Part shown: positions 43,456-52,030 of the stretch, in pieces
Numbering within the stretch: position 1 is the stretch's first letter
Layout of the letters: each line of letters begins with the position of its first letter
DNA from: Candidatus Parcubacteria bacterium
GTDB taxonomy: Bacteria > Patescibacteriota > Minisyncoccia > Minisyncoccales > JAGLUP01
Length of the DNA: 64,000 nt
Direction of reading: 5' to 3'
Assembly: GCA_023134715.1 (NCBI GenBank)
Contig: JAGLUP010000006.1
Location: forward strand, 74,653 to 138,652
Notes under the pieces: generated by a model
What the model saw: the letters and a program-made list of their open reading frames with translations, nothing else
Databases searched by the model: none
What the model was told of the DNA's origin: nothing
Translations under genes and position numbers: made by a program

Positions 43456-44906
43456 ATTTCTTCAATGTCTTTTAGTTCTTTTTTTATAACTCGTTCAATG
43501 TCAGCTAAATTTTTCAAAAGCTCTTTCTCCGCTTGTTTTTCTTCTTCAGTTAATGCTCGCTGTTGCTTGGCTTTCCTGAAGAGCTTGAGCTGAAGCTCTA
43601 TATCTTTGCAAAGTTCATTATATTCTTTATAAAATTTATTTTTCAAATCTTTGCTTTCTCTTTTAATGGCTCGCTGAGTATTTATAATCCTAAAGAAAAG
43701 ATAAATAAGAATAATCAGCAAAATAAGCAAAAGAATAAGAAGGAGTAAGTTGAACAAGGAATAATCTATGAACCAGGGACCAAGAACAAAACCAGAAAGA
43801 ATAACCTTGACAATATATTCTTTGGAAGGATAACTTATTGCTCCCAGAGCGTCTTTTGCTTTTGCTGAAATTATATATTTGCCTGATTTAAACAAGCCAT
43901 CTTCATTGATTAACCAATCTCCTTTTTCATTGCTTTTTGTTTCCCATTTTTTTATCAACTCTTGAGCTTTCTCAAAGAAAACAATTACTGTGTAACCAGG
44001 CGCAGCTGTTCCCTCTATGTGAAACACTTCTTCTCCTGATATAAAGGTCTCAGGACAGACAGCAACTTCAGGCGCAGGAATTGACTCTACGTTAATCTCT
44101 GAAAAAGCAGTAAAGGCATTTCCGGCATTATCTATTGCCTTAACTTCTAATGTATAAACTCCGGGCTCTTGAAGAGGTATTTTGTAAGGATTTGCTTGCG
44201 GCTCCATTAATGTTAAAATATCTTGCTCCCCGATTTTAATTTCGTAATGGTTTATTCCTGAATCGTCATCTTTTGCTTCAAAATATAAAAGAGGATGAGG
44301 ATTAGCAGGATAACCTTCATTATCCACGATTATCTCAAAAGGCTCAGGCGGTTCGGTATCAATTTTAATTTTTTCAGAAATGTTTATAAAATAACTGCCT
44401 CCTTTGCTTAATTTAAAAATATTAGTTCCTCTCCCGTCGTCGGCTAAAATTATCTCTTTTCCAAAATATAATTTTGCCTGGCCTGAAAATTTTCCCTGAA
44501 AAATTACATTCAACACTTTTCCAGAACTGCCAGTATATCCAGGAGAAGGCAGTCCTCCTCCAAAAATAATTGTGCCTGCTCCATTAGAATAAACCGGCTC
44601 TTTAACCCACATACCAAAAATAGAATTGGTCTTTGAGACCTTTATTACTTTTAATTGAGCAGAAGGATAATAAAGCACAGCTTGAGCCGCGTTAACAGCC
44701 GCTCCATCTGTATTAAGCATTATATTTACAGAAAAACTCTGCCCAATATTATAACTCCCCTGAGATGGAGAAAGACAAAGAGAAGCCCCCTCAGCCCTTA
44801 CGGGCTGCGCTAAACCAACGCCAAACAACAAGAACACTAAACCGACACAAAACCAAAAATTTCGCGTCTGTTTCGTGTATAAGTTTCGTGTTGGTTTAGT
44901 GTTCAT
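43452..44906 (-). CDS. cohesin-like domain surface protein 1 (signal peptide, Ig-like domains, C-terminal TM and cytoplasmic coiled coil)
   Basis: ASLCLSPSQGSYNIGQSFSVNIMLNTDGAAVNAAQAVLYYPSAQLKVIKV... has a cohesin-type beta-sandwich pattern. Also VKAIDNAGN Ig-like, the TM LLLLILLLILLIILIYLFF, and a K/E-rich tail. Confidence 0.55.
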   Translation of the reverse strand: MNTKPTRNLYTKQTRNFWFCVGLVFLLFGVGLAQPVRAEGASLCLSPSQGSYNIGQSFSVNIMLNTDGAAVNAAQAVLYYPSAQLKVIKVSKTNSIFGMWVKEPVYSNGAGTIIFGGGLPSPGYTGSSGKVLNVIFQGKFSGQAKLYFGKEIILADDGRGTNIFKLSKGGSYFINISEKIKIDTEPPEPFEIIVDNEGYPANPHPLLYFEAKDDDSGINHYEIKIGEQDILTLMEPQANPYKIPLQEPGVYTLEVKAIDNAGNAFTAFSEINVESIPAPEVAVCPETFISGEEVFHIEGTAAPGYTVIVFFEKAQELIKKWETKSNEKGDWLINEDGLFKSGKYIISAKAKDALGAISYPSKEYIVKVILSGFVLGPWFIDYSLFNLLLLILLLILLIILIYLFFRIINTQRAIKRESKDLKNKFYKEYNELCKDIELQLKLFRKAKQQRALTEEEKQAEKELLKNLADIERVIKKELKDIEEI

Positions 44907-44930
44907 AGGTTTCGTGTTCGGTCTCGTGTT
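44807..44930 (-). repeat. ACAC(G/T)AAAC motif dyad array at gene junction J1
   Basis: On the coding strand there are six forward copies (AACACGAGACC GAACACGAAACC ..GAACACTAAACC AACACGAAACT..TACACGAAACA GACGCGAAAT), then reverse copies (GTCGGTTTAGTGTTC, GTTGGTTTAGCGC). Confidence 0.85.
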
Positions 44931-46215
44931 TAAATTTTTCTTCCATCTTCTTGAATTGTTCTTTCCTTCTTCTCATTATTTTCTGATGCCTTGTCCATAA
45001 ATAATATCCAATTAAAATAATTATAATTATTAAAATTAAAATTAAAATCCACCAAGGGAAAGAAACTCCTTTAAACTGAATTCCCTTTTTGTTTAAAGAT
45101 ATTCCGTCTGGAAAAATTTGAAGTTTTACTGTCCCCTCTTTCCAATTTCCAGCTTTATCATAAGCCCTTACTACAATTAAATATTTTCCTATTTCTAAAG
45201 AAGGCAATCTATAAGGAGTGGTTATTTCCACAAAAAAACCAGTTGGTTTTTCTTTCTTCTCTTTTGTGATGTCAATATATTTAATCTCATAGTGGTCTAA
45301 TCCAGAAAGCGCGTCAGTGGTTATAAACGAAACTAAGGGTTGTTTTTCGCTTGTTTTTAAAGACGGTTCCACTGTCGGAGTAAAACCAGCCGGAGAGCCA
45401 GCGTCAATTTGAACTAAATAGTGGCTTGTTCCTCCCCAAACATTTTCTTTTTCCACTTTTACATGAAAATACCAAATTCCGTCTTCCACCTCGCCATAAG
45501 AGACCGAAGCGTAATCTCCTTCTGCTCTGTTATCAGGCGTCCCGGTTGGATCTTGGTCAAAACTGTAACTAAAATTAGCTGCTCCCTCCTCTCTTTCCCA
45601 GCCAAAAGTAGGATTATTGTTTTTATACCACCTATTCTTATCAGAATGAGTTAAAGAAAAGACATTAGGCCCTTCAGGCGGAGGAACTACAAGATTATAA
45701 ACTCCCCTTCCCATTGAGGTTAAAATATCTGTTCCATCAGGGTCATTTCTAAGAACCTTGGAAGAATCCAAAAAAACAATTGATGTTTCTCCGGGAGAAA
45801 GAACTCTAAAAGTAACAGTAGAAACTAAACCCGAAGAGGTATTAATCCCTGGAGAAGGAATGCCGCCCATAAAACTCAAAGTTCCTTCAGTGTTGGAATA
45901 AGCAGGTTGAGATATCCAGACAGAAATAAAGGACTTGCCTGCTGTTGGGCTTGCTACTTGAAGTTTTGTTGGATCAAATTTTAAATTTACTTCAACAGCG
46001 TTAATATCCTCTCCATTAGTATTAACAAAAATAGAAACATCAAAAGTACTGCCGATAAAAAAACTCCCTGAAGAAGGAGAAAGATATAAAGAAGCCCCCT
46101 CAGCCCTTACGGGCTGCGCTAAACCGACACTAAACAACAAGAACACTAAACCGACGCCAAACCAAAAGTTTCGCGTCTGTTTCGTGTATAAATTTTGTGT
46201 CTGTTTAGTGTCCAT
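44896..46215 (-). CDS. cohesin-like domain surface protein 2
   Basis: Paralog of 43452..44906 with the same signal peptide and ASLYLSPSSGSFFIGSTFDVSIFVNTNGEDINAVEVNLKFDP. Contains DGIWYFHVKV and VRAYDKAGN modules, a TM and a basic tail. Confidence 0.55.
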   Translation of the reverse strand: MDTKQTQNLYTKQTRNFWFGVGLVFLLFSVGLAQPVRAEGASLYLSPSSGSFFIGSTFDVSIFVNTNGEDINAVEVNLKFDPTKLQVASPTAGKSFISVWISQPAYSNTEGTLSFMGGIPSPGINTSSGLVSTVTFRVLSPGETSIVFLDSSKVLRNDPDGTDILTSMGRGVYNLVVPPPEGPNVFSLTHSDKNRWYKNNNPTFGWEREEGAANFSYSFDQDPTGTPDNRAEGDYASVSYGEVEDGIWYFHVKVEKENVWGGTSHYLVQIDAGSPAGFTPTVEPSLKTSEKQPLVSFITTDALSGLDHYEIKYIDITKEKKEKPTGFFVEITTPYRLPSLEIGKYLIVVRAYDKAGNWKEGTVKLQIFPDGISLNKKGIQFKGVSFPWWILILILIIIIILIGYYLWTRHQKIMRRRKEQFKKMEEKFKHETEHETYEH

Positions 46216-46239
46216 AGGTTTCGTGTTCTGTTTCGTGTT
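46116..46239 (-). repeat. ACAC(G/T)AAAC motif dyad array at junction J2
   Basis: Same layout as J1. It covers the stop of the upstream paralog and the start and signal peptide of the downstream one. Confidence 0.85.
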
Positions 46240-47629
46240 TAAGTTTTTCTTCTAATTCTTGTTTTTCTTTTTTAAATTCCTGCTTTAATTGTTCGGATTG
46301 CATTTCTCTCTGTTCAATTTTTTTAATCTCATCTAACGCTTCCCTTATTTCTTTTATTCCTTTCTTAAATCCAAACCTGCCTCTGGTTGAAAAATAAAAA
46401 ATCAAAGACCCTGTTCCTAAAATTAAAACGGTTATGATAAAATAAATTATCCACCATGGGAAAAGAACGCCTTTTACCTGAATTCCTCTTCCCTCTATAT
46501 AAGAAACAAAAGGAGCAATCAGCTGAAATCGAACTTCTCCTTCCTGCCAGTTCCCTGCTCTGTCATAAGCTCTAATAATAACACTGTATTTCCCTTGTTT
46601 TTTATCCGACATTCTAAGAGGAGAAACAGCTTCTGTAAAAAAGGGCTGCTGAATCGGTATTTGATTAAGGTCTCTTACGCTTACCTCATAATAATCTATC
46701 CCTGAATGCGAATCTTGGGTCTCAAAATAAATAAAACGAGAATAAGTTTCTGCTTGTGGAACAAATTTTTGAGGAGGAGTTTTATCAATTTTTACTGAAA
46801 AATGACTGGTCTTTCCCCAAATTCCCTGCTTTTTAGCTCTCAGATGAAAATACCAAATTCCATCAGCAACATCGGTATAAGATTTAAAACTAATTTCTCC
46901 TTCGGAAACAGTATCTGGAACTTCTTTTGGATTTTGAGAAAAACTAAAACTAAAATTAGAAAGCCACTCGGCTTTTTCCCAAAAAAAACTGGGATTAGAA
47001 TCACTATACCAAAGGTCAGAGTCAGGATGAGTTAACGACATTATTTTTGGTCCCTCGGGATGAGGAATTAAAATTTCGTAAACACCGTTGATATTTGTGG
47101 TAAAAATCGGCGTGCCTTTTCCGTCAGACAAAAGCAACTTTGAAGAATCTAAAATTTCAATCTTAGCTTTTCCAGACGACTTTGCCCTAAAAGTAATCGT
47201 AGAGACCAAACCTGAAGAAGTCATAATTCCTTCAGGCATTCCCCCTTTAAAAGAAATAGTTCCTCCGCTATTGGAATAACTCGGAGGAACTATCCACTCT
47301 GAAATAAAAGATTTTGTTGCTGTGGGAGATGTTACCTGTAAAATCTCCGGAGGAAATTTTAAATCAAGCTCTACTGCGTTGATTTTCTGATTCTTGGTAT
47401 CAACATAAACAGAAACAGAAAACGTGCTCCCTACAAAAAAAGTTCCCTGCGATGGAGCGAGATAAAGCGAAGCCCCTGCCGCCTTTACGGACTGCGCTAA
47501 ACCGACGCTAAACAAAAACACTAAACCGACACTAAACCAAAAGTTTCGCGTCTGTTTCGTGTATAAGTTTTGTGTCTGTTTCGTGTCCATAGGTTTCGTG
47601 TATAAGTTTCGTGTCTGTTTCGTGTTCAT
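46205..47629 (-). CDS. cohesin-like domain surface protein 3
   Basis: Paralog with a duplicated N-terminal TKQTRN unit, ASLYLAPSQGTFFVGSTFSVSVYVDTKNQKINAVELDLKFPP, IRAYDRAGN, a TM and a coiled-coil tail. Confidence 0.55.
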   Translation of the reverse strand: MNTKQTRNLYTKPMDTKQTQNLYTKQTRNFWFSVGLVFLFSVGLAQSVKAAGASLYLAPSQGTFFVGSTFSVSVYVDTKNQKINAVELDLKFPPEILQVTSPTATKSFISEWIVPPSYSNSGGTISFKGGMPEGIMTSSGLVSTITFRAKSSGKAKIEILDSSKLLLSDGKGTPIFTTNINGVYEILIPHPEGPKIMSLTHPDSDLWYSDSNPSFFWEKAEWLSNFSFSFSQNPKEVPDTVSEGEISFKSYTDVADGIWYFHLRAKKQGIWGKTSHFSVKIDKTPPQKFVPQAETYSRFIYFETQDSHSGIDYYEVSVRDLNQIPIQQPFFTEAVSPLRMSDKKQGKYSVIIRAYDRAGNWQEGEVRFQLIAPFVSYIEGRGIQVKGVLFPWWIIYFIITVLILGTGSLIFYFSTRGRFGFKKGIKEIREALDEIKKIEQREMQSEQLKQEFKKEKQELEEKLKHETEHETYGH

Positions 47630-47670
47630 AAGTTTTATGCCAGTTTAACGTTCTGCTGTCGGTTTCGTGA
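47495..47670 (-). repeat. ACAC(G/T)AAAC motif dyad array at junction J3 (largest, about 10 forward copies)
   Basis: Plus strand reads ...AGTTTCGCGTCTGTTTCGTGTATAAGTTTTGTGTCTGTTTCGTGTCCATAGGTTTCGTGTATAAGTTTCGTGTCTGTTTCGTGTTCAT... Confidence 0.85.
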
Positions 47671-48810
47671 TTTAATCACCTGCCAAATTATTGCAAGTCC
47701 GATTAAAATCAACAAAAGGATAGCCATATCTTTCCATGTCGCTTTATATGGTGGTGTAATTTCCGCTATTCTTTTATTTCCCGCTTTATCAATCGTTTTA
47801 ACTAATATCTTGCTTCTCAAGCTCTGGTCTTCCAGTAAATAAGGACTCTCCCCTACTTTCCAACCTTTTTTGGCGATTTTTAGCGTCCATATTCGCGGTA
47901 TTTCGCGTATCTCATAATGCTCAATTCCCGAGGTCTTGTCATCGGCCGCGAAAACCAAATAATTCTTTCCTTCAATTTCAGTAATTTTTGGCTCAAATTC
48001 CTCTGGAGCCGCAGTATCAATCATTGCCCGAAAACTCACTTTCGGTCCCCACTCTCTTTCGCGACTTTCACGTAAAAGAAAGTAATAAATTCCATCGCCT
48101 TGTTCTTTAAAATCATACTCCATCGCTCCCATCCAAAATGCCACTCCCTCTTTGGGCTCTGGCTCATCTGAAATTTCATCTGGTTCAGCTTGAGGATCTC
48201 GGCTTAAAATCCAACTATATTCTGCTCCTTCAACTAAATCCCAATAAAGAGAAAGTATATTATTGTTATACCATTTATTTTGGTCTGGATGCGATTCAGA
48301 GGAAATCCCGGGCAAGCCCTCTGGCTGTTTTAAAATTTCATATTCTCCTTGTAAAAAATTTGATTGGGCTAACGAACCCTCTCCGTCATTTAATAAAATC
48401 TTAGAATTATTTTCAAAAGCAATTTTTGCTTTGCCAAGAGCTTCTGCTGAAAAAATAATCTTAGCCAATAAGCCGTCTCCCTTGAATCCATTCGGCGTCC
48501 CGCCGGCAAAAGAAATTTTTCCATTTTTAAATTCCGGCTTTTTTACAAAAAATTTTAAAATTGAATCTCCTTTGCTGAAATCAATCGCTTCTAATAAATT
48601 TGAAGGAAATGTTAAATACGCCTCAACCGCGTTTATTTCTTCTCCCTCAGTGTCTATTCTAAGCTCGGTTAAAAAACTATCTCCTTGATAAATTGTCTGC
48701 GATTGCGGCGCCAAATATAAACTCGCCGCCTGGCCTCCAAAAGGCCACACTAAACAGACACTAAACAAAACACTAAACAGAATCGAAACCTTTTTATTTT
48801 TTTGAACCAT
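47635..48810 (-). CDS. cohesin-like domain surface protein 4
   Basis: ASLYLAPQSQTIYQGDSFLTELRIDTEGEEINAVEAYLTFPS, DGIYYFLLRE, TIDKAGN and a TM. Its N-terminus (MVQKNKK) is encoded inside the 3' end of the GxxExxY gene. Confidence 0.55.
   Translation of the reverse strand: MVQKNKKVSILFSVLFSVCLVWPFGGQAASLYLAPQSQTIYQGDSFLTELRIDTEGEEINAVEAYLTFPSNLLEAIDFSKGDSILKFFVKKPEFKNGKISFAGGTPNGFKGDGLLAKIIFSAEALGKAKIAFENNSKILLNDGEGSLAQSNFLQGEYEILKQPEGLPGISSESHPDQNKWYNNNILSLYWDLVEGAEYSWILSRDPQAEPDEISDEPEPKEGVAFWMGAMEYDFKEQGDGIYYFLLRESREREWGPKVSFRAMIDTAAPEEFEPKITEIEGKNYLVFAADDKTSGIEHYEIREIPRIWTLKIAKKGWKVGESPYLLEDQSLRSKILVKTIDKAGNKRIAEITPPYKATWKDMAILLLILIGLAIIWQVIKSRNRQQNVKLA
48747..48790 (-). repeat. reverse-orientation motif half-array (signal-peptide core of protein 4)
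   Basis: Coding strand CTGTTTAGTGTTTTGTTTAGTGTCTGTTTAGTGTGG encodes LFSVLFSVCLVW. Confidence 0.8.
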
Positions 48811-49180
48811 AGATTCTTCTAATTATTTGCACACCATCTGGCATGCCGAAATTTATAAGATAACCTAATTTATAACCAGAAACTTTCAAATAATACCAAA
48901 ATTGTTTAATATCTTCCTGTATTAAATTAGGTTTAACTTTTAATTCAATAAAAATAATATTATTTACTACTAAATCTGGAATATAAGTACCTACCTTTTT
49001 ATTATTATATAAAATATCAATTCTTTTTTCTTTCTCTACAGCCAAGCTCTTGTTTTTCAAACCTAAATAAAATGAGTTTTGATAAACCTTTTCTTTGTGC
49101 CTATTTCTAAATTGTTTATAAATATCAAAAGCCACTCCTTGAATAATATATGATTCTTGTTTATATAATAATTCTGCCAT
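48794..49180 (-). CDS. GxxExxY-family (PD-(D/E)XK fold) protein
   Basis: GTYIPDLVVNNIIFIELKV (D...ExK), GYLINFG, and a size of ~128 aa. Confidence 0.65.
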   Translation of the reverse strand: MAELLYKQESYIIQGVAFDIYKQFRNRHKEKVYQNSFYLGLKNKSLAVEKEKRIDILYNNKKVGTYIPDLVVNNIIFIELKVKPNLIQEDIKQFWYYLKVSGYKLGYLINFGMPDGVQIIRRIYGSKK

Positions 49181-49225
49181 AAGTTTAGAGTCAGTTTCGT
49201 GTAGAGTTTAGTGTCGGTTTAGTGC
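49181..49225 (-). repeat. forward-orientation motif half-array immediately upstream of the GxxExxY ORF
   Basis: Minus strand reads GCACTAAACCGACACTAAACTCTACACGAAACTGACTCTAAACTT, followed by ATG. Confidence 0.8.
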
Positions 49226-49252
49226 AGGATAATTTTTAACTTATGTTAAAAA

Positions 49253-50203
49253 TTATCCTGTCCATTGATACATCATTATTGAAAAATCAATAATGCTTAC
49301 ATTTCCGTCAAAATTAATATCAGCGCATTTATTTGACGGCCTGGCTTGCTCCCAAAAGTAAAGCAGAATGCTGAAATCTATTATATTCACGCTTCCATCA
49401 AAATTTAAATCCGCTCCCTGACAGACTAAGGCGCCTGGCGACACGACCAAAAAAGAAAGGGTTTGAGAAAATGGGCTCTGCTCGCCCTCGCCGAAAAGAG
49501 CTTTGGCCCGGGCTTTATGCTCTGCTTCTTCTAAAAAACCAGTATTTAATTTATATGACCATTTTCCATTTTCGCTGGCGCCAGTTGTCTTTACAGTTTC
49601 CTTTGAGGAAATAAAAATATTAACCTGGCTCTCTGGAAATGCCTGACCAAGAATATCAACAATGTTTCCTTTTTCCACATGGGTCGGAGTAAGGGCTATC
49701 GTAGGTGAAATGAAAATCCCTGAGATAGTAGTGGTCATCTTAGCTAAAACGCTCACTGTAAAACTTAAAGTAACCGATTTTCTTGCATCAGAATCTTCAG
49801 CGAAAATTCCAAAAGTGCAAACCCCGCCCGACAGCCCTGTTAATTCTTTTTCAAACAGACCTGATTTTTCAGCAAAAAAAGTGGCTGCAACTTTCCCGTT
49901 TTTTAAAATAGTTAAAAAAGCATTAGGATAAGCTCTGCCTTTTAAAATAACCTTTCCCGGCGATACTATTATTGTTCCTCCGCTGCCGCCGCCAGAAGGC
50001 GGAGGCTCGGGTTCTTCGCCAAATTCACGCACAGTAGCTGTTGTAGAAATATCTACCGTTGAATCACCCTGACAATAATTTAAATTTACAGCTAAAAAAA
50101 ATGTTAAAGCAAAAATTATTCCGAAAAATAAAACTACGAATCTTGCATTTCTTTTCGTGTTCTGTTTCGTGTCTGTTTCGTGTCTGTTTCGTGTCTTCTC
50201 CAT
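49253..50203 (-). CDS. dockerin-domain secreted protein
   Basis: The C-terminus carries two canonical dockerin Ca-loop repeats, ADLNFDGSVNIIDFSILLYFW and ADINFDGNVSIIDFSIMMYQW. It has an N-terminal signal anchor. ATG at 50201-50203. Confidence 0.75.
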   Translation of the reverse strand: MEKTRNRHETDTKQNTKRNARFVVLFFGIIFALTFFLAVNLNYCQGDSTVDISTTATVREFGEEPEPPPSGGGSGGTIIVSPGKVILKGRAYPNAFLTILKNGKVAATFFAEKSGLFEKELTGLSGGVCTFGIFAEDSDARKSVTLSFTVSVLAKMTTTISGIFISPTIALTPTHVEKGNIVDILGQAFPESQVNIFISSKETVKTTGASENGKWSYKLNTGFLEEAEHKARAKALFGEGEQSPFSQTLSFLVVSPGALVCQGADLNFDGSVNIIDFSILLYFWEQARPSNKCADINFDGNVSIIDFSIMMYQWTG

Positions 50204-50301
50204 TGTTATATTATAACAAAAAATCACCCAATTTAAAACATTGAATGATTTTATATTTTTCGTGTCGGTTTAGTGTTTTTGTTTTGTGTCGGTTTAGCGC
50301 G
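50151..50301 (-). repeat. forward motif arrays in and upstream of the dockerin gene
   Basis: Three perfect 11-mers (CTGTTTCGTGT x3, 50162-50194), plus TTTTTCGTGTCGGTTTAGTGTTTTTGTTTTGTGTCGGTTTAGCGCG (50256-50301). Confidence 0.85.
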
Positions 50302-51217
50302 ACTCTCCTCTAATTAAAATCCTGACTGCTGCTGCCCATCTTCTTCGAGTTAAGATAAGCAATATTATAAATATTAATAATCCTAAAACGACTTTCCATG
50401 GAAACGCCCAAAAAGTAATAACTTTTGACTCTAAGGGAATATTGCCTGCCCCATAAGTTCCACTCAAGGTAGCAATATATTTTCCTCCCCAAAGCCATTT
50501 TTGATTCCAAGAGGCCTCAAACTTTCTTACAGAACTCGGCAGAACACTTTTTTGAACCAAAGGAATTTCCGCTACCTTTTTGCCTTGCAAGTCAGTAATA
50601 CTTATAGAAGCGCTTGCCCTTGAATGAATTGTTCCTAAATTTTCAAATTTGATTTCAAAAGGAATCGGTCCGTATTCAAAATAATTTCGCGGAGCGCTAA
50701 ACTCTTTTACTATTAAATTCTCTTTCATTTCTCCGGGAACTGTTAATAAAACCAAAGCGCCAACTCTTGGAATTATTGAAGCTCCGGTTATTCCGGGTCC
50801 AGTAACTCCTGTAGAACCAGCTATAACTGTGCCGTAATGCCCGCCCGGCTCTGCGTTCTCTGGAATTCTTATAGTAAATTTTATTTTTTTCTCTTCTTTT
50901 GGCGTTAAAATAAATTTTTCGTGCTCGCATTTTGTCCATCTGGCAAGAGAATAACTTTCGGTTTCCGCGGGTTCAACAATCACATGTCCTGACTCTCCGG
51001 TAGGAACAATATCTTCTATTGTCATTTTCACTGAAATTGTATGTTCTGAACTTGGATTACCTACTTTAATATAATTTTCAATCACATCTCCCGGATTTCC
51101 TGTTATTTCAAAAGTTAAAGGCGAAAGCCCAATACCAGGCGCGTCTGCAAAAACTGCCTGACTCAAAATCATTCCTCCAATAGCCAAAATTAGAAAAAGA
51201 AAGTTTTTTCTTTTCAT
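50294..51217 (-). CDS. DUF916-like cell-surface protein with C-terminal TM anchor (CscA-like)
   Basis: Signal peptide, SPLTFEITGNPGDVIENYIKVGN, FILTPKEEKKIKFTIRIPENAEPGGHYGTVIA, and C-terminal VVLGLLIFIILLILTRRR. Confidence 0.5.
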   Translation of the reverse strand: MKRKNFLFLILAIGGMILSQAVFADAPGIGLSPLTFEITGNPGDVIENYIKVGNPSSEHTISVKMTIEDIVPTGESGHVIVEPAETESYSLARWTKCEHEKFILTPKEEKKIKFTIRIPENAEPGGHYGTVIAGSTGVTGPGITGASIIPRVGALVLLTVPGEMKENLIVKEFSAPRNYFEYGPIPFEIKFENLGTIHSRASASISITDLQGKKVAEIPLVQKSVLPSSVRKFEASWNQKWLWGGKYIATLSGTYGAGNIPLESKVITFWAFPWKVVLGLLIFIILLILTRRRWAAAVRILIRGESR

Positions 51218-51258
51218 TAGAAATTTTTCCTTTACCCTTTAATTAATAAACGCGGGAT

Positions 51259-51894
51259 TTAAGGAGCTGCGGCAACCATGGTTAAAGTAATAGTATCAGT
51301 ATAGCTTCCATTCTCCTTATTCGCGACACAAGACGCTTTAATTACCATAGTAATTTCATGACCAGCTACTTCGGTTCGAGTAGTTTTGCTCGCAAAGGTC
51401 TGACCTCCGGTTTTTATTTCCCCTACTGTAGTATCTCCCCAGTGATCATAATTAGAGCCAATAGTTGACGATGCAGAAGTGGCTTCAGCGCCATAAATAT
51501 CAGTGCCTGCCGCAACAGTGCCAGTGGCGCTAACCGAACCAATTGTGCTCGTTGAACCCCAATCCAACCCATCATTAGCGCCCGTTAGGGTAATTTTATA
51601 TCCGTCAGCAGAGTTGGTTTTAGCAGTTAGGATAATACTGCTGCTAGTGGCAACAGATGTAACACCCGCTGTGCTAACCAAATCAGGACTAAGAGTAGTT
51701 GAAGTCGTATTTGACGTAAGCGTCATCCACTCCTGAACCGTAGCTGTAATCTCCACAGAGGTAGCGACCGCTTCCACGGTATCAATATTAGAAGGCGCAA
51801 AACTATACATTCCCATTACCCCGGTTATTGTTAAAACCAATCCAATCGCAATAGCTAAAACTATATCCTTATTTTGATTTATTATTTTTGCCAT
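51259..51894 (-). CDS. WxL-like small surface protein (CscB-like)
   Basis: Signal anchor, T/S/A-rich beta-rich body, GYKITLTG, and C-terminal GSYTDTITLTMVAAAP (compare the WxL C-terminal motif). This is a weak, pattern-level call. Confidence 0.35.
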   Translation of the reverse strand: MAKIINQNKDIVLAIAIGLVLTITGVMGMYSFAPSNIDTVEAVATSVEITATVQEWMTLTSNTTSTTLSPDLVSTAGVTSVATSSSIILTAKTNSADGYKITLTGANDGLDWGSTSTIGSVSATGTVAAGTDIYGAEATSASSTIGSNYDHWGDTTVGEIKTGGQTFASKTTRTEVAGHEITMVIKASCVANKENGSYTDTITLTMVAAAP

Positions 51895-52030
51895 TTTTTA
51901 TTTTAGAAATTTTTAAATACTTAATTGTCCGACCTTTATTATAATAATATAGTTATTAACAAATAATTTATATTCTTTTATAATAACACATCCCCCCCCA
52001 CAAAAAAACCAACCTGTGGAAAACTCAAAC

